A DNA stretch of 64,000 nt, taken from Macrostomum lignano. Taxonomy: Eukaryota. How positions within the stretch are numbered: position 1 is the stretch's first letter; each line of letters opens with the position of its first letter. Made by a program: the position numbers and the translations under genes. Where the stretch lies: contig NIVC01001874.1 in NCBI GenBank assembly GCA_002269645.1, positions 163,038 through 227,037 of the forward strand, read 5' to 3'. Positions 11,975 to 22,980 of the stretch are shown here, one piece after another. The notes under the pieces were generated by a model. It ran no database searches and was not told the DNA's origin. It saw only the letters and a program-made list of their open reading frames with translations.

Positions 11975-14900
11975 TCACGTGACCTCGGACAGTCGGTGCA
12001 GGGCTCGACTCATCCGCAGCATGTCGACCAGCCGCATGCCCAGCTGTTTCCGCATGCAAGCGTAAAATGCTTCTGGCGCGTGAGACTGCATATGGTGCAG
12101 CTCGAACAGCAGCTCGCCGCTGACGTCTGCGAAGCTGGAAATATTCAGTTTTGCAGGCTGGTTACTGACTGATACAGGTGTATTACAGCCTAGTTACTGA
12201 CTGATACAGGTGTATTACAGCCTAGTTACTGACTGATACAGGTGTATTACAGCCTAGTTACTGACTGATACAGGTGTATTACAGCCTAGTTACTGACTGA
12301 TACAGGTGTATTACAGCCTAGTTACTGACTGATACAGGTGTATTACAGCCTAGTTACTGACTGATACAGATGTATTACAGCCTAGTTACTGACTGATACA
12401 GGTGTATTACAGCCTAGTTACTGACTGATACAGATGTATTACAGCCTAGTTACTGACTGATACAGGTGTATTACAGCCTAGTTACTGACTGATACAGATG
12501 TATTACAGCCTAGTTACTGACTGATACAGATGTATTACAGCCTAGTTACTGACTGATACAGGTGTATTACAGCCTAGTTACTGACTGATACAGATGTATT
12601 ACAGCCTAGTTACTGACTGATACAGGTGTATTACAGCCTAGTTACTGACTGATACAGGTGTATTACAGCCTAGTTACTGACTGATACAGATGTATTACAG
12701 CCTAGTTACTGACTGATACAGGTGTATTACAGCCTAGTTACTGACTGATACAGATGTATTACAGCCTAGTTACTGACTGATACAGGTGTATTACAGCCTG
12801 GTTACTGCCTGAGACAGGTGCTTATACAGCCTGGTTACTGCCTGAGACAGGTGCTTATACAGCCTGGTTACTCCTGATACAGGTGCTTATACAGCCTGGT
12901 TACTACCTGAGACAGGTGCTTATACAGCCTGGTTACTGCCTGAGACAGGTGCTTATACAGCCTGGTTACTGACTGATACAGGTGCTTATACACCCTAAGA
13001 TTCACAGCACTCACTGAGGTTCATACTCGGCCAGCTGATTCTCGGCCAGCCAGCCAGTAACATCAGCCGGTGTCCAGGCCAGGATCGAGGCCGTGTGCTG
13101 ACTCCGGTGCTTGGCATACTGCCGGGCCTCGGAGCCGCACGGCGTGCCCTCCCGGCTGGCCTCGGCGTGGCTGACCCGCATGGAGTGCTGCAGCGGCTGC
13201 AGACTGCGCACGCTGTCGCCAAGGCCGGACGAGTCGGCCAGCTGGGCTTTGCCCCGGCCGCCGAGTTCTTTAAGCAGATTAGCGAAGCTCTCCTCGAATA
13301 GATCCTCGTCTGAGAAGTCGTAGAACATCTTCGAGCCCATGAGCAGGCCCAGCCAGCCGTCTGGCTGGTATTTGGGCTCCATGACTAGCGGCACAATGGG
13401 CTTCTGCAGCTTGTAGGCGTAGTCGGCCTCGTGCCGACAGTGCGGGCTGTTCTTGTAGCTCTGGCTCATGCACATGAGTATCACGGCCGAGTTCTCTACG
13501 GCTTCGGCCATTTTGGACACTATGCTCTGGCTCATGTTCTCGATGTCCAGCCACACCTGGCATTGGGTTGGGATTTGGAAGCAATTATATAATAACGGGT
13601 TGATTGAAATACGTAAAAGATTATGGGACACAAATTGGGTCACGTATCGGTTATATTGCAGTTCACAAATGAGTCAAAAATGGGTTACACGATGAGCCAC
13701 AAAATGGGTCACCAGATGAGTCCCAATTCACAAATCGGGTCACATGATGCGTCACAAATTGGGTCACATTATGGGTTACAAATTGGATCGCCTGCTTGGT
13801 CACAAATCGGGTCACATTATGGGTCACAAATCGGGTCACACTATGGATCACAAATCGGGTCATATTATGGGTCACAAATCGGGTCACACTATGGGTCACA
13901 AATCGGGTCATATTATGGATCGCATGATGAATCACAAATCGGCTCATATTATGGATCGCATGATGAGTCACAAATCGGGTCACATTATGGGTCACATGAT
14001 GAATCACAAATCGGGTCACATTATGGGTCACAAATCGGGTCACATTATAGGTCACAAATCGGGTCACATTATGGGTCACAAATCGGCTCATATTATGGAT
14101 CGCATGATGAGTCACAAATCGGGTCACATGATGAATCACAAATCGGGTCACATTATGGGTCACAAATCGGGTCACATTATAGGTCACAAATCGGATCTCA
14201 TTATGGGTCACAAATCGGCTCATATTATGGATCGCATGATGAGTCACAAATCGGGTCACATATGATGCGTCACAAATTGGGTCACATTATAGGTCACAAA
14301 TCGGATTACATTATGGGTCACAAATCGGCTCATATTATGGATCGCATGATGAGTCACAAATCGGGTCACATTATGGGTCACATGATGAATCACAAATCGG
14401 CTCATATTATGGATCGCATGATGAGTCACAAATCGGGTCACATTATGGGTCACATGATGAATCACAAATCGGGTCACATTATGGGTCACAAATCGGGTCA
14501 CATTATGGGTCACAAATCGGGTCACACTATGGGTCACAAATCGGGTCACATTATGGGTCACAAATCGGGTCACATTATAGGTCACAAATCGGATCACATT
14601 ATGGGTCACAAATCGGGTCATATTATGGATCGCATGATGAGTCACAAATCGGGTCACATATGATGCGTCACAAATTGGGTCACATTATGAGTCACAGATT
14701 GGACCGCCTGCTGGGTCACAAATCGGATCACATTATGGGTCACAAATCGGGTCACACTATGGGTCACAAATCGGGTCATATTATGGATCGCATGATGAGT
14801 CACAAATCGGGTCACATTATGGGTCACATGATGAGTTACAAATCGGGTCACATGATGAGTCACAAATCGGGTCACATTATAGATCGCATGATGGGTCCCA

Positions 14901-17429
14901 TATGGTGGATCAAAAGTTAGGTCAATGAGTCACAAATCGGGTTGTAAAATCGGTCACATGATAGGTTTTAAAGTCAACGAAATAACGAATTTTTAACACG
15001 TAACTTCATACTTCCCTAAGTCGCTCTTTTCAGTACACAAATTTCCGATTGAGAAATGATAGCTCTGAAAACAAACTGTCAGTGCAGCTACCAAAATTTG
15101 TTAAAAACAGAACTAACCTCGTAGCCCTCCATCTGCAGGCGCTTGCGAATCAGCAGCACGGTGTCCTGGCTGGCGTGCTGGTACGACAGCATCACGTGCC
15201 CAGCCGACACCACGGGATTCGGGCTTCGCTCGGCCAGCGAGAACAGCGGCATCGCATGCGAGCTTGTGGGCGTGGCGCACAGGCCGTGACCGTGCAGCTT
15301 CCACAGCGTGCCGCAGGCGCTCCGCCTGACGTCTTTCAGTCGGCAATTGTTAGCTAGGCCGGTGAGCTGATCAACCAGACTGCGCCGCTGGCAGATGCCC
15401 TCCCGACAGACGTCGTCAAAGGCGAGATGGTAGACAATCTCAACTGCGAACAGCAGTTCGGAATCGTTGGGCGCTCCCCGAACCAGCAGGTCCTCGATGA
15501 GCTCTAGGAGGCCGTTGTTAACGAATCGAGTCTTATTGAAGTCGCAGCCGCACAGATTATCGACGCCTTGAAGCAGCTCGTCGCACTGGTAGCCAAGCTT
15601 CGGGCAGAAGTGCGGCCCGGACTCGCTGGCGTCCAGAGTCTGGCGCAGGTCGCGGATCAGCAGGCGGATGTGCTCGTCGCTAACGTTTAACCAGCGATTC
15701 TCTTCCTCGGTGACAACAAAGCTGAGCACTAGCACCACCTTGGTGTACACGTAGGCGTTCAAGGTGTCGCATAGGAAATGCTTGAGCACGTCCACTACGC
15801 TGTAGCCGGGAATCCGATAGCTGGCCCTGGCGTGAGGCAGCGCGCGGATGACATTGTGCAGCACGCTGAGCAGCCCGTTGCACAGTCGGCGAGCTCGGGC
15901 GTTCTTCAGACTGTCACGGTCGCAGTGGCTCAGGGCGCCGAGCACCTGCGGTGGCAGTCAGAGGAGCTCGCATTGTTTTAGGGGGTAAGGAAAGGTGAGG
16001 ATGCTGATGTGGGAAGGTGAGGATGCTGATGTGGGAAGGTGAGGATGCTGATGTGGGAAGGTGAGGATGCTGATGTGGGAAGGTGAGGATGCTGATGTGG
16101 GAAGATGAGGATGCTGATGTGGGAAGATGAGGATGCTGATGTGGGAAGGTGAGGATGTTGATGATTTCAAGATCCACAGTGGGATTTCAAGATCCACAGT
16201 GGGATTTTAGGATCCACAGTGGGATTTCAGGATCCACAGTGGGATTTCAGGATCCACAGTGGGATTTCAGGATCCCCAGTTGAGTGAGATTGCACGAGAT
16301 GCACACCCGATGAGGTACACACCTGTCGAATGAGATCCAGTCCAACCAGTTCCTGGCAGACGCGCACACTCAGGTGAGTCATGTTCCACACGGTGTCGCT
16401 CAGCCTGATAATGCTTGGCGTAGCCACATCAGGCCAAGGCTTCCTCTGGCAGTGCAGCAGCAGCCTGGTGTACAGAGTCAAGTAGGCCTGGCTAATAAAC
16501 ACCTGCTCAAGCTGGTTGAGCACAGTCGGATCGCTGTTATGAAAGCTCATTCTAGTTGTGTTGAAAGCGAACTTTAAGGACTCTTCGTTGAAACTTTCAA
16601 CCTCAGCGGCCTGGAGTGACAGATTGAAGTTTAGGAAGGCTATGTGGATGTTTTGGTTTCCAATATCAGAGCCATTCTTCATTGTACGAGTAATTAATGA
16701 TTCATTTCGAAAACTGGCTCGGGGGTTTTGTGTGATTCAAAGCCGTGAGGGCCAGCCCGCAAGGCACACAGAGTGTACATGCCTGACGATTAGAAAGTCA
16801 GGGTCGATGTACACCCTGTGTGAGCTGTGTGTATGAGTGCGTGCCTGAGTACAGTATTGGAGCACTTGTGTGTGTTCAGAAGTCAGCGAAATGGGCAGAA
16901 TTGCCGTCAGGCGCAGGTTGTGGGACGATGTCTTCTAATTGTTTCTTTTTGGCCGACTATTCAGGTCAGCTCTAAACATACATGTACATGCGCCAATACG
17001 GCCGGCTGGCAAGGGGCCCAGTCAAGGTATGTCGCAAAATGTCCACCCACATAATACTAATACTAATTAGATGCCGAGGCATTTAATCTTAAATTTACAG
17101 TCATAGTTACTCTTGCCGTTTACCCAAATCATGGGGTTGCGCATGTATGGCTCTAAATAGAATTCACCGATACGGAAAATTCGCGGTTCACCCACCTGCA
17201 GGCCGCGGATGTGCTCGGCTAACTGGTCCAGCGTCTCGCGAAGCTGCTGCCCAGGCGGCTCCCTGTCTCGGCTCTCAATCGGCTTCTCCTCTGTCTTCTG
17301 CTGCTGCTCCGACCTCTCTTCGTCATCCTGCTGCTCCTGGCTCTGCCCGGCGTGGGCCGATTTGCCATTCTGCTCAGCAGAGTCGCTGCGGTGGCTGCCG
17401 TTGGCAACCGAGGCCAACGACGAGGACAT
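11975..17429 (-). CDS. ARM-repeat / TIR / SAM-like domain protein, about 683 aa
   Basis: Exons 17429-17196, 16610-16323, 15945-15118, 13556-13015 and 12134-11975 (GT-AG, in phase). A Leu-rich helical ARM-like region is followed by TIR HVMLSYQHASQDTVLLIRKRLQMEGYE|VWLDIENM...MAEAVENSAVILMCMSQSYKNSPHCRHEADYA...PIVPL, then SAM-like WTPADVTGWLAENQLAEYEPHFADVSGELLFEL...LGMRLVDMLRMSRAL. Confidence 0.88.
12159..12991. repeat. 32-bp minisatellite (about 26 units) in TIR-gene intron 4
   Basis: Unit GTTACTGACTGATACAGGTGTATTACAGCCTA, drifting to a 33-bp variant at the right end. Confidence 0.96.
13625..14945. repeat. Composite minisatellite of 12-bp modules in TIR-gene intron 3
   Basis: Shuffled modules GGGTCACAAATC, GGGTCACATTAT and GGATCGCATGATGAGTCACAAATC; explains the SQIGSHYG and MGHKSGHI ORFs. 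Confidence 0.93.
15996..16160. repeat. 22-bp minisatellite in TIR-gene intron 2
   Basis: Unit GAGGATGCTGATGTGGGAAGGT, about 7 copies. Confidence 0.92.
16162..16278. repeat. 20-bp minisatellite in TIR-gene intron 2
   Basis: Unit GATTTCAGGATCCACAGTGG, about 5-6 copies, directly abutting the 22-bp array. Confidence 0.9.
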
Positions 17430-19076
17430 TAAATTTCAGCAGGAAAGTGCACACAAGTCGGGACTGTAGAAGATATTGGGATAAAATCCTCATCTTTCAG
17501 ATCGCAATTATCCTCGCAGTTAAAATAAATACATAATTTGAACACTCAATGAAATTCAAGAACTTCGTTTCTTAGAAAACTTTTAAACGCAGGCTTTTTT
17601 CTTTAATTAATTCTCATCAAGGACAACTTGCATGCACGTAGTACGATAAACTTCATTTCTTAGAAAGTCCTTGAAGCAGACGAAATGCTAATCTACTGAT
17701 GGCTTGTAAAAGGTTTTATGAAATCAATGCAGCGATAAACCATCGCATAATGAGCCTTCAAAAATTTTCTAAGAAATGAGCCACCTGGCCATTTTCATAA
17801 GTGTGCTTTGATTAGAATTGAAAAATGTATTAGTATAATACTCTTCTGGCTTTGGCATCACAATCAGAGGTAGTGTGCTTAGTTGTAGATTGTTTTAATA
17901 ACAAAAGCCACAGATACTAAAACAACTAGATATACCATATACTTAGTAAAACAGCTTTCTACTTTCAGTTCAGTAGCAAAGAAGAATACTTAAACTATTT
18001 CATAAAAAAAGCCAGCTGAAATGACTCTGATAAGTTTAGAAGCCCAAGCTTGCAGGCGCACACAACTTGCTAATTGGTCGGCAATAATGTACATTAGCCA
18101 GGCCACTGAAATGTACATGGCAGCTTTAGGCTGGAATTTCCGAGAAAGGCAATTAAAATTGGGGGAGGGCGGGGTGAGGGTAGAGTGAAAAGGCGCGGTT
18201 GGAATTTTAAGTGGGGGCGGGGGTAAGAGCCAATAAATGAACCTTGGCTTTAAAAATATATTAAAGTGCTTCCGTTTAATTTACTACTGAACTGAAAGTA
18301 GCTTACACGCAAATGTGCTGAGTGGCCCATCTAGTTATATGAAGCTATATGAATGTCAGGATTGAATTAATTATCAAAACTCAAAGACGAGGTTCATAAA
18401 TAAGGCGTCGCAATCATATACATTAGATTTCATCATAATAAATATATATTTATAAATTCAATATCACACGCTGATACGGAATAAAAGCCCAGGCATTAAT
18501 TGCATGAATTTTTATAAGCAACAGAAACTTTCTACCCGGAAATAAGAGCCTAATTATTGAAAAAAATTGATCGCCAAGTAAAAGTGCAATGGCACAACAG
18601 AACCGATGCACTGAATAGGATTAATAGAAACACATTATAATACATACATTACATGAGACATTCGAAGTGACATTGGCATAAATCAGGTTATCGTTATGTA
18701 TTGATATTATGCATGCAATGAGGGAACAGTTAGCGGTCAGGCGAACGGACACACATCTATTGGGTTAAAGCAAAGCAAAAAATGTTCTCAGAAAGAAGCA
18801 TTAAAAGTCGGATATTAAACGACCAAATCTGATAGTTGAGGTCCAATTTGTTTTTTCTGTGCCCTAGGGGTTGACCTTCATGGGCCAATTTTTATATGCA
18901 AAGGATAGCAAGACAGCCGAAGTCACAAAAAAGGACAAAAAGACCCAGTTAATCACCATGTTGACAGCTATTTACGCTCGTAGATCAAAGCAAAGCAAGG
19001 CGTTTAAACTACAATCAGGACAAAAGTACAAAAAAACCGATAGTACACGTCATGAAAGCGACAGGGGTGAACTAGC

Positions 19077-20575
19077 TTAGGACATGGCGCAGCCATTGCC
19101 ATCGCTGCCGGGGTGCTGCTGGTTCCGCTGCTGCTGCTGCTGGCCGCGCTGCTGCTGTCTCTCGCTGGCCTGCAGAGACTCGGCGAGTTGCCTGTCCAGC
19201 TCCTCCTGACGTCGGCGCTGTTCGGCAGCGGAGGCCGCGGCGGTGGCACCAACTGGAGCTTCGGCAGCGGACATCCGCAGCGCCATCTGCAGCGCCTCCT
19301 GGTCCGATAGGCCACGCTGCGCCTCAAGCAGATTTGGCGCCTGCGGAGCAGCCGCTGGCGGGGACTGGCGTCTTTGCTGCTGCTGCTGCGTGTGCTGCTG
19401 TTGCCTAGCAACTGCTGCGGCTGCGGCGTTGCTAACTGCCCGACCTGAGCTCTGTAAAATGTTATTATTAGAAATTTATTTAAAATATGGGACATAATCC
19501 CGATATCCCAATTCGATCCCCAATAAAAAAGATGAATTATTTATTCACTTCTACCAACCACATTTATCACCTGTATTCTGTCTCATTTATCAGCTAAATC
19601 GCATTCATTTCCCACTGCATCTAATCTCTTAACACAGCATCTAATCTCCTCCCACTGCATCAAATATCCTCCAACTGCATCTAATCTCCTAACACTGCAT
19701 CTAATATCCTCCCACTGCATCTAATCTCCTTACACTGCATCTAATCTCCTTACACTGCATCTAATCTCCTCCCACTGCATCTAATATCCTGACACTGCAT
19801 TTAATCTCCTCCCACTGCATCTAATCTCCTTACACTGCATCTAATCTCCTCCCACTGCATCTAATCTCCTTACACTGCATCTAATCTCCTCCCACTCCAT
19901 CTAATATCCTGACACTGCATGTAATCTCCTCACACTGCATCTAATCTACTCCCACTGCATCTAATCTCCTCAAACTATTTAATCTCCTCACACAGCATCT
20001 AATTTCTTCTCACTGTATATAATCTCCACTCACTGCATTTAATCCCCGCTCACTGCATCGAATCTCTTCCAACTACTACATCTAATCTCCTCACACTGCA
20101 TCTAATCTCTTGCCACCGCATCCATCTGATGTCCACCTGCAAAGCTCCCTGCAAACTGACAGACCTGAAAGCCAGCGCAGGCGTGGTCCTGCTCCAGCCG
20201 GTGCTTGATGCAGAAGTTCAGCCGGCAGGACGGACAGGTCACTGGCACCAGTTCGCGGGTCCGACAGCCGGCGGCTGAGCACCGGCCAGCCCGTTTCCGA
20301 TGCCGCTGAGCCGGCTCCGAGTTGCAGTCGGTGTCCATGTGCCTGCCAACAACAGCGTTGGCATCTTCGCCAGGAGCCACTGGGATTGGCCGGGAGCAGA
20401 GCGGGCAGGCGGGCACCTGGTTCTCCTTCTTGTAGGCTAGAGGGCAGCTGTGGCTGGCATAGGCAAAGTGCAGCTTGCAGTAGACATTCTGGCATAGGTC
20501 GCAGCGAAGTGGCAGAAAGTCCAACTGTTTGCAGGACTGATCAGCGCAGTGCTGGCCAAGCTCTGGGAATTCCAT
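19077..20575 (-). CDS. ZFAND2B: AN1-type zinc finger protein 2B (AIRAP-like), about 261 aa
   Basis: Exons 20575-20165 and 19451-19077. MEFPELGQHC..C.QLDFLPLRCD.C...YC..H..Y.SH.C start, two AN1 fingers with the central CPLC..H.D.DC motif, two UIM-like helices (LSDQEALQMALRMS, EELDRQLAESLQAS) and a C-terminal CaaX (CAMS). Confidence 0.93.
19612..20110. repeat. 20-bp minisatellite in the ZFAND2B intron
   Basis: Unit CTGCATCTAATCTCCT(CCC/TAC)A, about 25 copies, degenerate at both ends. Confidence 0.93.
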
Positions 20576-20792
20576 TGCTCTGCAATTTGTTGGCAGATAG
20601 AATTGAGGCTAAAGATTTGGGTAAATAAATACTTTGACGAGATTTGCTGTTGCAAATTGGTATTGATAAAATATCCCACTTCTTATTTTAGCTCCTTGGT
20701 TTTGGAATTGAATGCTTTTGGCATAGGTTTCAATGCCAGCAATAATTAAATTATAAAGGCTAATAATCTATCTATGATGGTAGTCACTAAGT

Positions 20793-21169
20793 CAGGGTCA
20801 GCAAACTTTTTTACCCCAAGGGCCAGATAGATAACCCAGTGCAAGACTATAGGCCAGAGGGGAGAGAAAGAACAGATAGAAGAAAGAAGAACTAAGAGAA
20901 TCTAAGGGAACTAAGGAAAAAGAAAGGAGACAAGAGGAAAGAAAAGATGATCTGAGAGGAGAAAGGAGATAAGGTAAGGAAGAAGTGAGAAAGGAGATAA
21001 GAGAGATGAGAGAGAAAAAGGAGATAAGATTAGAAAAGAGAGCTAAAAATAGTCATAAACCTTTAGTGGGCCAGATTACTTTTATATAAAGTTTCAAAGG
21101 ACCCACAAGCTAGATAAAGAAGCTTTATAGTTTGCATGTAGCCTGCAAGCCAGAGTTTGCCCATCCTTT
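20793..21169. mobile_element. hAT (Charlie/MER58-like) MITE
   Basis: Termini CAGGGTCAGCAAACT ... AGTTTGCCCATCCTTT, internal AAGGGCCAGATAG, and a perfect 8-bp target duplication CACTAAGT (20785-20792 and 21170-21177). Confidence 0.8.
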
Positions 21170-22639
21170 CACTAAGTTTAATGATAAAAATTTTATATTG
21201 ACTTTAAAATATAATAGACTAAGTCATGAATTCAAGTTGTCTTATATACTTAGCCTAGTTTTTTATCAAAATCATTGTGGTAATTGGCACTCTAGACTTA
21301 AGACCTAAACAAAATAAAAATCTAGCTCTAGGTACTAATAACCCTTGTATTCTTGCACTTTAATTTAAAAAATATGCCCTAAAAATCCTTTTGTCATGAA
21401 GCCAACCTCAAAAAAACCTCTTATCTTATATACTTTCTCAATGGAGTGGAGTGGGTGCCAATAATGAGTTTCCTTCAGTACATATACTAGCATGTGCTTT
21501 GTTATCCCTTACCTCCCATGGCCCACCTAATATGGCCCCATGGAATTTCCATGGCTTTCCCTGTGGCAAAGTCTACTATGAGATTATGGGACTATAGTGT
21601 GTGAACATAGCACCTATGTTCATACACTATAGGGCCATGATTTTCCCATGGAAATTCCTGCAGCAAAGTCAACATTTTTCTTATTACTAATATAAATAAA
21701 TATATGCAGATAATTTTTTTATTTTCTAATTTTTAACATTATCAAGATAAAAGAACAATTAAGCATTTTTACAAAAAGCAATACTATATTAACAAAATAT
21801 TTAATGCTATATTAGACTTTATTCTAAGGCTTATACTATAACCAATAAGGGGATTGCTTAAATGCTATGACTCATAGAGAATGCCAAAAGGCTTTGAGCA
21901 TTGACCTAAAGCTTAAAGGGGATCTAATATTTTAGCCTAGGCTAAATACTAAATAGGCCTAGATAGCTTTGAGAGCATTTTTTGTCTTCCAAGACCAATC
22001 TTTACATTTTGGATCAAATTTGTTATATAATACTTAATAGAAAATAGTAGAAAATGTAGAAAAATGGAAATCCTAAAAATAAAAAACCAGAGATTATATA
22101 ATGGTAATGAAGACAAAATTTTTTAGACAAAATAGTTAATGAACTAATTATTAGCATATGAACCTTAAAATTATTTAGCTTAGGGCCTATACTATAAACA
22201 GTAGAAGTCGACAAAACTTTTGTTTTACAATATATTATTAATAAATTGTGCATTTAGGGTGTTATATAAGTATATAACAAGAATTATTATAATAATTGGG
22301 CTCTAGTAAGTTATGAGTAGGATTTTTGCAATTGGCTATCTTTTTCAATTTTTATTATTCTCTATTGGTTGGGTATTGTATAACAAAATTGATGTACCTG
22401 TATAAATTTTGCTGACAGTTTTTTTAGACACATCTTCCAATACTTTTTTACAATACTTAAAACATCTGAAAAATGTCTGAAAAAATGTTATAACAGTTAA
22501 ATTTTGCTGACACATTTTCAAACATGTCTTCTGACACTTACAATGTTGCTTAGACTAGAGCAAGATATTGATGTATTAAGAGGTGAGAGATTTCTTTCTG
22601 ATTATAATTTTTAAATTGAGTTACATCAGGAAAGGAAGT

Positions 22640-22980
22640 GGGAGGTGCTACTTAAATACCCTCTTCACATAATACGAGATTACGAGAGACATACGCCGTC
22701 CAACGTACAGCCTACGTTTTTTATCCAAAATTGGTTTATTCAGAGAAATGATTTAGCGCATTTTAAAGTTTATAAAGTTCATTCTAGACTAAAACAGCTC
22801 TGTAGGCGTTTTATTTTCTTAGGTCTGCTGCTTACTTTTTTAATAATGACACTGGTTAATATTCATCTCAAAAAATTAGTTTTTGTTGAAACTGTAAATT
22901 TTAAAACTTCACGAAAATACAAATTTTTCACAATGTGCATATTCAACTCGTGCGCTCGCTCGCTCGCTCGATCTAATTTG
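22640..22980. promoter_or_regulatory. Candidate bidirectional promoter for ZFAND2B and MGMT
   Basis: CpG-retaining patch with GGAAGT (ETS-like) and a CGCT repeat, lying between two CpG-free blocks and two divergent genes that each have a splice acceptor just before the ATG. Positional inference only. Confidence 0.3.

Noticed and set aside
13623-14920. 346-aa SQIGSHYG repeat protein
   Set aside because: Lies antisense within TIR-gene intron 3 and is open in multiple frames; explained by the composite repeat.
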